A DNA stretch of 20,000 bases from an uncultured virus (IMG/VR IMGVR_UViG_3300037067_003729) (IMGVR_UViG_3300037067_003729), one strand, 5' to 3'; shown: positions 9,201 through 16,460, counted from the first letter of the stretch. Program-made: numbers and translations. The notes: generated from the letters alone by a model not told the origin.

Positions 9201-11606
9201 GACGCAGCGGAAAACGAGATAAAAAAGACAAATCCGAACCTAATGAAAAGGATAGACGATGAAGTTGCCGAACTTGCAAAGAAAACTGAAAAAACACCAA
9301 AAGTCACTAAAAAGGATGAAATCCGTAGTTGGCTTGATTCCAAAGAGGCAGAAGCAACGCAAAGAGTAAAAGACTTTTTTAAACCTGATACAAGTGGACT
9401 GATAAAAATGCGCGCAGGACTTCCAGGGGATGTCCTGACTGATCTTGCAATTGTCGGAGCTACAAAATTAGCAAAAGCTTCAATGAATTTTGCTGACTGG
9501 TCTGTAGCCATGATAAAGGAGTTCGGCGACAAAATCAAACCTTATTTGAAAGAGGTATTCGCTCATTCCAACAAAGTACTAAAAGGCGGTAGTAAAAACC
9601 TGCCGAAGCCAAGAACCATAAAAGACATAACAAAAAACACTTCCGAGGAAGACATAAGAAATCTTGTTAAAAAGAAATACGGCGTTCCGGTTCTGGAAGA
9701 GAACGACATTAAATTTATAGTTGAGAAAATGGACGAAGCTCGGAAGTTGCCCGAAGGGAGTTATAAACAAAAAATGCTGGAAGGTAAGGTTGCTCAAATG
9801 ATAGCCAATAAAATACCTTCCGACATGATAGAAAAAGTCAAAGCTGTCCAAAGAATGTTCATGCTTATAAATCCTAAAACTGTAGTTACCAGGAACCCCG
9901 TGGGAAATCTTCTACTGGGTGCTGTCGAGACTGTTAAAAACGTTCCAGCCGCAGGAATTGACACAATTATTTCAGCAATAAGAAAAAGCGAACGCACTAC
10001 CAAACTTGCGCCAATCGCAAAAGGCAAAGCGTCGTTAAAAGGTGCTGGCAAGGGACTGAAAGAATGGGCGCTAGATATCGTAAACAATGTGGACACCAAT
10101 CCGACTGGTGCAGGCGTAGAAATGCCAAAAAATAAAATATTCAGTGAGAACCATAAAATATCCAACCCAGCAGTAAAGGCCGTTGCGGACATGGGCGGGA
10201 AAGCTGCCAATTTTGTTCATTCAATAGTTGGTAAAATGCTGTCCTTGGGAGATAGGCCATTTTATGAATCTGCATACGCTTCAAGAATTGCTGAACTTAA
10301 AAAGATTAAAAAGACCAACATTATTACTGATGAAATGGAGGAAATGGCAAGAGAACACGCGCTTGAAAGAACTTTGCAGAACGACAGCTGGATATCTAAA
10401 AAAGTATCAAGTTTGGGTGCTAACAAGAATGACCCGTTTGTATGGCGCTTGTTTGTAAATCTTGTTGTACCGTTTAAGAAGACACCTGGAAATATACTTG
10501 ACAAGTTTATTGACTATTCACCCGCCGGAGCCTTTAAAGCAGTAGGGCACGGTCTGAAAACAGCAGGCAAGGGAACATTTAATCAGAGGTTTTTTGTTAA
10601 TACTTTGGCAAGAAGTTTGACTGGTATGGGGCTTGCTGTAACCGGGTATCTTTTGGCTAAAAACGGGTTGGTGACAAGCTCAAGAGACTCAAGCAACAAG
10701 GTTGAAAACATTGAAACTGCGTTAGGCAAACAAAATTATGCCTTTAAAATTGGTGACAAATATTATTCATATGATTGGGCGCTTCCGGCCTCAGCTCCTA
10801 TTGCAATGGGGGCAGATTTTTATTACGCCGAAAGCAGAACAAAAGATGGTCAAAATGCATTCCTGAAAGGCACAGAAAGTTCAATCAATCTATTATTCAG
10901 ATCAACAATGTTACAGGGACTGTCAAGGTTAACCGCTGGTTATAGTCCGGCCGCAAGCATAGGGCAAACCCTTTTGGGAAGTACTACACAATTTACGCCA
11001 ACGGCAGGGAAACAGATAGCACAGTTAAGAGACCCATACCAAAGAGAGACATACGACCCCAACTGGGTTATACAGACACTTAACAAGACAAAAGTGAGAA
11101 TACCGGTATTAAGTGAACAACTTCCTGCAAAAGTAGATGTGTTCGGAAACGATGTAAAGGCTTTTCAAGGCAAAAACAATGTCTGGAACGTACTGTTTAA
11201 TCCCGGATTTACAACTGAATTCAAGCCAAATGAAATCCAGAAAGAAATAATAAGACTGTATAACGATACAGGAAGTACAACACATATACCTGTCGCAGTT
11301 GAAAAGTACATTGACGCGACAAAAGACCATCCCAAGATAATATTAACGGCTGATGAGTACACAAATTATCAAAAAACATTAGCCAAGTATACTTTTGACG
11401 GATGGGCGACTAAGGGCAAATTAAAAAGCTCTACAGGGTTCAATGGGATAATACCATCCGATACATACAAAAACGTAAAACCGGATAAGGAGGATACAGC
11501 AGATGAAAAAAGGATAAAAATGCTTGGAAGTATTATTGAAAATGCCAAAAAACAAGCCAAGGCAGAAATACTTGAAAGACGAGGATATAAACAAGTCGGG
11601 AATTGA
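6300..11606 (+). CDS. Giant (1768 aa) probable internal virion / DNA-ejection protein, large-polyvalent-protein-like
   Basis: RBS AAGGTGA; K/E/A-rich. The C-terminal region (PFKKTPGNIL..YSPAG; KIGDKYYSYDWALP; hydrophobic G/A segments) resembles podovirus-type ejection proteins. Sits at the end of the virion module. Confidence 0.6.
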   Translation: MGSKYDKEREALGINVTAKTQGTAQKTKKASVYDKERQALFETVTPVQSIPAYQSITKQHTLESPTLNLPTLTKNTQPKRISDAIFNTPFKLSTNFMDIKNRIDQEKAKSEAAAKIPNYNSKSSFYNTPVIGNMLKKDEEKTRQKAKEVLTADEIDILSKGLSLSPKSHNMGGEITAYYFDKKVPDGFTQQFQKVMEKVEYAKKGTLGKVFDRTGRQAVSVGFGDSSAKDYAESAGIGGAGKVGNVISDVGGTIAGFMVPTGSPGVTLPTAANTMAKKAVNKLFPVAERLANKAGKRVVQATVESLPYSAQQIATQREIDTPKKALKTAVDNALFAMGAELGIMGLSGIAKTVFKKLKGGQKLTVAEKEIVNNTPELRALPEAKQYLMLEAPKLRTPDVIESLPPKPTTAEIKKLNTPVKTLPKEKAIAEKKADFTVDQYGNTLKSGQKAPLLLSESSAKAKAVEPTMTREEYFGKEGDLLTPAEVDELLGNEPMYSKTKDSIPSEIGSISKINDGIVKKAKSEFGITTNPREAGYILDDGTVLDFSGKREGGPANERYMDHREVQSLYDDLQQTAAMTKFMDDTNAVRISVGKDGLVLIDITGIKPLSEKQVTKIKQISARKESVVIDYYDNINSSKAAAHKEFDFPKVKDIEDALDEIQKGKEIKTPLQNDVGKKITTNETPEGVFSLPERQIERPFAVTKGEIKKFRLPQDITKQSDLIPKEPVTKSQSDWVKSLPKIDTADLRAKQSIKEKLRIYGEAANNVKFNVPEQYRKETPFTVAKSTVPPKVESKYATESVTGNTAQGTRTLKAAEQVPLIESTTKNGVQKLKTPEEAVSKVYSNTLKKTPMLTDVEKKMLDSKDYKYDVKSEKESIAEAQQRLAKDFEGEVNKLSEKESFTGSDIDTMFGIVEKNLDEARKTGDYSDVHSMLKNVRKGGTESGRGVQAFAKYSRTTEGKLATAQGAIDAAENEIKKTNPNLMKRIDDEVAELAKKTEKTPKVTKKDEIRSWLDSKEAEATQRVKDFFKPDTSGLIKMRAGLPGDVLTDLAIVGATKLAKASMNFADWSVAMIKEFGDKIKPYLKEVFAHSNKVLKGGSKNLPKPRTIKDITKNTSEEDIRNLVKKKYGVPVLEENDIKFIVEKMDEARKLPEGSYKQKMLEGKVAQMIANKIPSDMIEKVKAVQRMFMLINPKTVVTRNPVGNLLLGAVETVKNVPAAGIDTIISAIRKSERTTKLAPIAKGKASLKGAGKGLKEWALDIVNNVDTNPTGAGVEMPKNKIFSENHKISNPAVKAVADMGGKAANFVHSIVGKMLSLGDRPFYESAYASRIAELKKIKKTNIITDEMEEMAREHALERTLQNDSWISKKVSSLGANKNDPFVWRLFVNLVVPFKKTPGNILDKFIDYSPAGAFKAVGHGLKTAGKGTFNQRFFVNTLARSLTGMGLAVTGYLLAKNGLVTSSRDSSNKVENIETALGKQNYAFKIGDKYYSYDWALPASAPIAMGADFYYAESRTKDGQNAFLKGTESSINLLFRSTMLQGLSRLTAGYSPAASIGQTLLGSTTQFTPTAGKQIAQLRDPYQRETYDPNWVIQTLNKTKVRIPVLSEQLPAKVDVFGNDVKAFQGKNNVWNVLFNPGFTTEFKPNEIQKEIIRLYNDTGSTTHIPVAVEKYIDATKDHPKIILTADEYTNYQKTLAKYTFDGWATKGKLKSSTGFNGIIPSDTYKNVKPDKEDTADEKRIKMLGSIIENAKKQAKAEILERRGYKQVGN

Positions 11607-11624
11607 TTTAAATTTACTTAATAC

Positions 11625-11653
11625 GAGGCACTCGAAAGGGTGGCTTAATTTTT
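11625..11653 (+). terminator. Imperfect intrinsic terminator/attenuator hairpin
   Basis: GAGGCACTC-GAAA-GGGTGGCTT, GNRA loop, one G-G mismatch, followed by AATTTTT. Confidence 0.45.
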
Positions 11654-11665
11654 GAAAGGAATCAT

Positions 11666-12382
11666 ATGGAGATAATCGCAGAAATCGGCCTGAATCACAT
11701 GGGTGATCTTAACAAGGCACTTGACATGGTAAAAATAGCAAAGGAGTGCGGCACGGACATTGTAAAATTTCAATTCTACTATACAGATATTTTGTGTGTT
11801 AACCGGAATTGCTTTGATTCATTCAAACTGCTGGATAAAATACGTCTACGGCCGCAATGGATTCCAATACTCGCCGACGAATGCAAACGGCTGAATATCG
11901 AGTTTTTATGTACATGTTTTGATAAGTTTAGCGCAGAGGAAATAAACCCGTTCGTTGAGAGATTCAAGATAGCAAGCCCGGAAGCAACGAACATTAATTT
12001 CATAAAACAAGTTGCAGGATTCGGGAAACCGCTTATTATTTCAACCGGCAAAATAGACGACGATCAGATCAAAGACATTCTCAATGCGGTTGATGTTCCT
12101 GTTACACTGCTTTACTGTGTCTCAAAATATCCGTCACAGCCAAGCGATTACAAACTGTCTGAGATCAAACGGCTGAAGAAAAAATTTCATGTTCCGGTTG
12201 GGTTATCGTGTCATTGCGCCGGAATTAAGAATGCGCTTGACGCGGTTGACATGGGCGCGGACATACTGGAGAAACATTTCAAAGTTGACGAAAAATGCGT
12301 CGACGCTGCCGTATCGTTATTACCAGCAGATTTTACTAAAATGTGCGAAATTATAAGGAGGAACAATGGAAAATGGAATTGA
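11666..12382 (+). CDS. neuB: NeuB/PseI/LegI-family nonulosonic acid (N-acetylneuraminate-type) synthase, TIM-barrel only
   Basis: Motifs IIAEIGLNHMGD, DIVKFQ, FKIAS, KPLIISTG, CVSKYP, GLSCH and EKHF. 238 aa with no C-terminal SAF/antifreeze-like domain. Product sugar unknown. Confidence 0.9.
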   Translation: MEIIAEIGLNHMGDLNKALDMVKIAKECGTDIVKFQFYYTDILCVNRNCFDSFKLLDKIRLRPQWIPILADECKRLNIEFLCTCFDKFSAEEINPFVERFKIASPEATNINFIKQVAGFGKPLIISTGKIDDDQIKDILNAVDVPVTLLYCVSKYPSQPSDYKLSEIKRLKKKFHVPVGLSCHCAGIKNALDAVDMGADILEKHFKVDEKCVDAAVSLLPADFTKMCEIIRRNNGKWN

Positions 12383-12521
12383 TGTAATTTTTCAGTACAT
12401 TACCTTTAACCCGGTGGAGATAAACGGGAAACAGACCTTTGACAATATGTTTATTGTGCTTGATGCTACCGACAAAATCGGGGCCGGCATGGTGTACGCG
12501 CAGGAGGTACAGAATGTTTGA
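12366..12521 (+). CDS. 51-aa hypothetical protein (not in ORF track)
   Basis: AAGGAGG RBS at ~12355-12361. MENGIDVIFQYITFNPVEINGKQTFDNMFIVLDATDKIGAGMVYAQEVQNV overlaps the neuB stop and the maf start. Confidence 0.65.
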   Translation: MENGIDVIFQYITFNPVEINGKQTFDNMFIVLDATDKIGAGMVYAQEVQNV

Positions 12522-14118
12522 AAGGAACTGTAAGCTTTTAAGTGAGTTTCAGTCGGAAGCATTTAAAAAGATTCAAACCCCTGAAACCACATTGATATTT
12601 ACGGAACAAGTCTTGTTCGGATTGAATGAAAATCAAGCAGTTGACAATTTGGTGATAAATTCAGATGATAAAATGCTGACTGTCGGAACTTCAGACAATG
12701 AAAGTTGGCTGCAAAACGTCAATCCTGACATGCATACCATTATTGTGTACGGACTTGGATTGGGAAACCACATAGAGTCACTAATAAAGAAATATCCGGA
12801 CAAAAAAATAATCGTCATCGAACCGGATAAGAGACTGTTTTACCATGCTATCCAGATACGAGACTTTGAATTCATCGTAAAAAACTGCACTATTTGGCTG
12901 GATGAACCTATTGACCTTGTCAAGGCGAAGATACATGAAATGATAACCCATCCATTGGCAAGAGGAATCATGCTGTTGCCGTTTTATGCGAACGTCTACC
13001 AGGATTATTTTAACCTTTTGCTGAACAGTATAAAGCAAATAATCAACGATTATGCGGTAATGGTGAATACTAAGTGGTGTCTTGTGGACAAGTGGTATGC
13101 CAACCGGATAATCAACGCCCGTAAACCCTCATACAGCGGAAAGGCTTTGATAGACGCACATAAAGGATTGCCGGGTATCATTGTCGGGGCGGGGCCGAGT
13201 CTGCAGACACAATTAGAAAAATTAAGGGAGATTCAAGGAAAGGCCGTTGTGATCGCCGCGTCAACCGCAATGGAAATTTTGCACTCTCACGGCATAAGAC
13301 CAACTTACATGATCGCAATAGACCAAGACCCCATTACGTCAGGCGGGTTACATGAAAACCTCGACTCTGACGTCCCTTTGATCTTCGACACGCAGATAGC
13401 GCAAAATTCACTGAATTACACTGGCCCCAAGATACAGGTACAACTTAATGTCAATCGATACACAACCGTTGAACTGCCTATATTTGAGTCTGGTCCCTCG
13501 GTGGCAAATGTTGCCCTTGATGTTTTACATAAAATGGGGTGTAGCCCGATTCTTATAGTAGGAATGGACATGTCTTATACAGACAACAAATTATACTGCG
13601 ACGGGACAAAGTTCAATCAAGACATTCAAGAAACCAACTTATTACAAATGATCAACAATAAAGGTGAGATGTGTTTTACGGAACCGTCGTTTGTATCAAT
13701 GCGAAACTGGTATGAAGATTACGTGAACCGTGTGAAACTGGAAGTCTACAATTGCACTGAGAGGGGATTGGTAATCAAGTCTATCCCGAATAAAGTTTTG
13801 GACGAATTTACTTTTGACAAAGAGGTCATCATGCCTGAATTTGAATTAATAGATGGCGCAAAGGATGATTACAAGACTGAGTTATTGGAAATAAAGGACT
13901 TTATTGAAAAGAACAGATCTGTCAACCCTGCGTTTCAAAAGTGCAAAGCGTGGATTCTGATAGACGAATATGTTCAGCCTGACATTTATATTGCGGAAAT
14001 CCGAAGTGAAGGACGCATAAAGAGGGGAATGGATATCAAAGAATCCGTCAAGATGTTTCAAGAACAGCGAATTAATCTTATTTTAACCGCTGTGGAGAAA
14101 TTACTTAATTTATTTTAA
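12514..14118 (+). CDS. maf: Motility-associated factor (Maf, DUF115/MAF_flag10) family glycosyltransferase
   Basis: True start is ATG 12514 (RBS AGGAGGT). Motifs IVYGLGLG..IIVIEPD, IIVGAGPSL, VIAASTA..L...GIRP...IAID, GPSVAN and MGCSPILIVGMDMSY, as in flagellin nonulosonate transferases. Confidence 0.87.
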   Translation: MFERNCKLLSEFQSEAFKKIQTPETTLIFTEQVLFGLNENQAVDNLVINSDDKMLTVGTSDNESWLQNVNPDMHTIIVYGLGLGNHIESLIKKYPDKKIIVIEPDKRLFYHAIQIRDFEFIVKNCTIWLDEPIDLVKAKIHEMITHPLARGIMLLPFYANVYQDYFNLLLNSIKQIINDYAVMVNTKWCLVDKWYANRIINARKPSYSGKALIDAHKGLPGIIVGAGPSLQTQLEKLREIQGKAVVIAASTAMEILHSHGIRPTYMIAIDQDPITSGGLHENLDSDVPLIFDTQIAQNSLNYTGPKIQVQLNVNRYTTVELPIFESGPSVANVALDVLHKMGCSPILIVGMDMSYTDNKLYCDGTKFNQDIQETNLLQMINNKGEMCFTEPSFVSMRNWYEDYVNRVKLEVYNCTERGLVIKSIPNKVLDEFTFDKEVIMPEFELIDGAKDDYKTELLEIKDFIEKNRSVNPAFQKCKAWILIDEYVQPDIYIAEIRSEGRIKRGMDIKESVKMFQEQRINLILTAVEKLLNLF

Positions 14119-14124
14119 ACGAGT

Positions 14125-14158
14125 AGGCCGGGAGTACCTCAATACCCCCGGCTTTGTT
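14125..14158 (+). terminator. Intrinsic terminator-like hairpin after maf
   Basis: AGGCCGGGAGTA-CCTCAA-TACCCCCGGCTT followed by TGTT. Confidence 0.55.
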
Positions 14159-14159
14159 A

Positions 14160-14204
14160 TGCCATCCTTCTGCCTACGGGCAAGCGAGGACGGCAATTTT
14201 TATT
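14160..14204 (+). terminator. Second hairpin with C(UACG)G tetraloop and T-tract, upstream of the lysis genes
   Basis: TGCCATCCTTCTGCC-TACG-GGCAAGCGAGGACGGCA followed by ATTTTTATT. Confidence 0.55.
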
Positions 14205-14231
14205 ATAAATCAAATATACGGGAGGTGTCAA

Positions 14232-14474
14232 ATGGATGAAAAGCTTCAGGAAGTATTAACCGACATCAGAGACAGGGTAATCAGGATTGAAACTAAAATA
14301 GAGGATTACACCGGACTACGGGAAAAGACAGATAAAACATACGGCATATCAAGGGCAAACGAAAAGGACATATCTGAAATGAAAGATAACCAAAAATGGC
14401 TATGGCGCACTGTGATAGGCGGGTTTATCGGGGCTGTAATAGCCTTTATTGTGAAGTTTGGAGGTAAGCCATGA
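14232..14474 (+). CDS. xhlA: XhlA (hemolysin XhlA family) holin-like lysis protein
   Basis: True start is ATG 14232 (RBS GGGAGGTG). Coiled coil RVIRIETKIE...NQKWLWRTVIGG plus one C-terminal TM segment. Confidence 0.8.
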   Translation: MDEKLQEVLTDIRDRVIRIETKIEDYTGLREKTDKTYGISRANEKDISEMKDNQKWLWRTVIGGFIGAVIAFIVKFGGKP

Positions 14475-15115
14475 AACGACCAATACCAATATATCAAGCT
14501 AACTTCAGTAATGTACCCTACAGCGACAACATTCCACCGGCACCAAGAGAAACGATCAAGGAATCCGGATGTGGCATTGTATCATCAGTTATGATGTTGA
14601 ATACTTTTGGAATAAATGTGTCCGTACAGGAACTTGCTAAATTGTCTATGGATCATAAATTCCGAGTCGAGGTAGGAACGTCATGGGCACTGTTCCCGTT
14701 CATCGCAAAACAATACGATTTGCAGTTGGTTCAATCCGATGATATGCAGGCTGTAACAAAAGCACTTCAAAACGGTTCGCTGGTAATTTGCTCAATGGGA
14801 CCCGGAACATTTACTAAAGGCGGTCATTTCATTCTAGCATACGATTATGCCGGTGGACTACTGTATTTTTGCGATCCTGCAAGTTCGCTGAGAACAGGAA
14901 GAGGTTACACGCCTGAGTTAGTTCAGAAAGAGCATAAAGAGTATTTCATATTTAGCAAGAAGATAGCGCCTAAATTGACCGCACAGGAGCTTGTTGAATA
15001 CGCAAAGGGAAAGATACTCACCGATGAAACCAAATGGCTCAAAAAGGCAATGGTGGACAAAGAGATATATGCCTTGTTAGATAAGTTTAAAAAATATGAT
15101 GAAGGGAGGAAATAA
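14471..15115 (+). CDS. C39-like cysteine peptidase, putative endolysin
   Basis: YQ..PY..TIKESGCG (Cys), GHFIL (His), FCDP (Asp). ATGA overlap with xhlA; lies between two holin-like genes. Confidence 0.8.
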   Translation: MKRPIPIYQANFSNVPYSDNIPPAPRETIKESGCGIVSSVMMLNTFGINVSVQELAKLSMDHKFRVEVGTSWALFPFIAKQYDLQLVQSDDMQAVTKALQNGSLVICSMGPGTFTKGGHFILAYDYAGGLLYFCDPASSLRTGRGYTPELVQKEHKEYFIFSKKIAPKLTAQELVEYAKGKILTDETKWLKKAMVDKEIYALLDKFKKYDEGRK

Positions 15116-15116
15116 C

Positions 15117-15293
15117 ATGAAAGAACGCTTTGCAAAACTGGTAGACGTAAAAACAATTGTAACTCTTGCCCTTGTTGCAGCTGCCATAGCTTTTGTCGCA
15201 GTAGGTAAACTGGAATCCAAGGTGATTGAAAACCTTGTAGTAATGGCAGTATCATTTTACTTAGGTACAAAGATTGCTGAGAAGAATATATAG
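15117..15293 (+). CDS. Small two-TM holin
   Basis: RBS GGGAGG; MKERFAKLVDVKTIVTLALV...VSFYLGTK; follows the endolysin. Confidence 0.7.
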   Translation: MKERFAKLVDVKTIVTLALVAAAIAFVAVGKLESKVIENLVVMAVSFYLGTKIAEKNI

Positions 15294-15301
15294 ACATAAC
15301 A

Positions 15302-15339
15302 AAGGCTCCTGTCAATCGGCGGGGGCCTTATTTTTGTTT
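15302..15339 (+). terminator. Intrinsic terminator ending the late/lysis operon (at a convergent junction)
   Basis: AAGGCTCCTGTC-AATC-GGCGGGGGCCTT, 12-bp stem with G-U pairs, then ATTTTTGTTT. Confidence 0.8.
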
Positions 15340-15461
15340 CCGATAAAATCTGAGCAAGAATGTGACTGATCGTTATATTCTGTCTTAAGTTTACAAAACA
15401 GGTAACCTTCATTGTGGCAATATCTTGACCAAAAACAATCCTTACAAATTCCCTTTGTCAC
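15312..15461 (-). CDS. 49-aa Cys-rich hypothetical protein (not in ORF track)
   Basis: GTG start after AAGGAAGTGA; MTKGICKDCFWSRYCHNEGYLFCKLKTEYNDQSHSCSDFIGNKNKAPAD; CxxC...C...C pattern. Confidence 0.6.
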   Translation of the reverse strand: MTKGICKDCFWSRYCHNEGYLFCKLKTEYNDQSHSCSDFIGNKNKAPAD

Positions 15462-15467
15462 TGCTTA

Positions 15468-15632
15468 TCACTTCCTTTCATTCCAATCTACAACAGCTTC
15501 TTCTGGTTCGTCAAATTTGCCAGACCGTTGCGCTCCGCAATCATAATTTGAACATCTTATCCAAACCATATCACATTCGCCATAATATTCTGCTGGGCTT
15601 CCGCAGAAAGGACACAACCTTAATTCATCCAT
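15468..15632 (-). CDS. lar: Lar-family restriction alleviation protein (54 aa, not in ORF track)
   Basis: RBS GGAGG; MDELRLCPFCGSPAEYYGECDMVWIRCSNYDCGAQRSGKFDEPEEAVVDWNERK, showing the L..CPFCG, CxxxxC and EEA...WN.R signature. Confidence 0.8.
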   Translation of the reverse strand: MDELRLCPFCGSPAEYYGECDMVWIRCSNYDCGAQRSGKFDEPEEAVVDWNERK

Positions 15633-15659
15633 CCCTATTACCTCCATTATATTATAGGC

Positions 15660-15914
15660 TCAAACTAGCCCCTTTTCTGCGTAAACATTCTCAACGGAAT
15701 TAATCATTGCCTTCTTGCTGATCGTTTCAAGTGGGAGGACTTTCAAAAATCTTTCAAGCACAAACGTTGCTGAAGATACATTATTTTCCTCAGTAAAACT
15801 ATTTCTCATTGCTTCCCAAAACTCCTTAAAAAATTTATCCTGTTCAGAATATTGGTTGCCCTGCAAAACCATTTCCGCAATAACAATACTTCTTATCCAT
15901 TTCTTTATGTCCAT
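15660..15914 (-). CDS. Hypothetical phage protein
   Basis: ORF in the minus operon. ATG 15914 follows AGAAGGGAG; GTG 15941 is an alternative start. Confidence 0.6.
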   Translation of the reverse strand: MDIKKWIRSIVIAEMVLQGNQYSEQDKFFKEFWEAMRNSFTEENNVSSATFVLERFLKVLPLETISKKAMINSVENVYAEKGLV

Positions 15915-15950
15915 CCCTGCATCTATCTCCCTTCTATTCACGCCTGCGTT

Positions 15951-16133
15951 TCACCAATTTCTATCCATAAGAGGTACTCTTCGAAGTTTACGCATCTTTT
16001 TAATAAATGCACCTTGTATTGTTAAAAATGCGTTTTTATCACCTTTACTAAAGGCAACAACACAATCCGTTCTGAGTGCGTCTAGCTCTGGCACTGATTT
16101 GCAAGTTTTAATTTTTTTGAGTAGTTCTTCCAT
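15951..16133 (-). CDS. Hypothetical phage protein (60 aa)
   Basis: Strong RBS AAGGAGG; ORF packed in the operon. Confidence 0.7.
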   Translation of the reverse strand: MEELLKKIKTCKSVPELDALRTDCVVAFSKGDKNAFLTIQGAFIKKMRKLRRVPLMDRNW

Positions 16134-16181
16134 AGTTATCCTCCTTCTCCGCTATGTGTGGAATATCCTGCTATTGTGTAA

Positions 16182-16439
16182 TTAAGCCATCCAAATTTCA
16201 AAGGCGCCTCTGGTAAGTTTATCAACACACATATATACACCCTCACCCTTACCAAATTCCATCTGGCTATCTTCTGTTCCGTTAGGGAAATAACGCATGT
16301 ATCCATCTCCGACATCAGCAATATCAACATCCCTATACCCTTCCTCTATTACTGTTTTGACAAATTCTTCTTTGGTTTTATATTCTGACTTTTTGCCAGC
16401 AATATCGCCTGTTGGTTGTAGTGTTATTAATCCTTTCAT
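16182..16439 (-). CDS. Hypothetical phage protein (85 aa)
   Basis: ATG 16439 lies 6 nt after AAGGAGG; YMRYFP...G.G.Y....RGAFEIW. Confidence 0.7.
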   Translation of the reverse strand: MKGLITLQPTGDIAGKKSEYKTKEEFVKTVIEEGYRDVDIADVGDGYMRYFPNGTEDSQMEFGKGEGVYMCVDKLTRGAFEIWMA

Positions 16440-16460
16440 CTCAATCCTCCTTCTATTCAC

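Noticed and set aside
7379..11560. Many minus-strand and alternate-frame ORFs inside the large genes (also 15425-16494 plus, 17429-18868 minus)
   Set aside because: These are shadow ORFs of real coding sequences, with no RBS or recognisable motifs.
6300..11606. Siphovirus tape measure protein, or virion RNA polymerase/methylase-helicase
   Set aside because: No tape-measure repeat pattern and no visible DxDGD, NPPY/F or Walker motifs.
12366..12521. Split-off or frameshifted SAF/antifreeze domain of NeuB
   Set aside because: The peptide lacks SAF features (RRS, I..GE, RP..G) and has its own strong RBS.
12514..14118. 6-hydroxymethylpterin diphosphokinase (MptE) folate enzyme
   Set aside because: It shares the DUF115 domain, but the 534-aa length, N-terminal GLGLG/EPD domain and neuB neighbour fit Maf.
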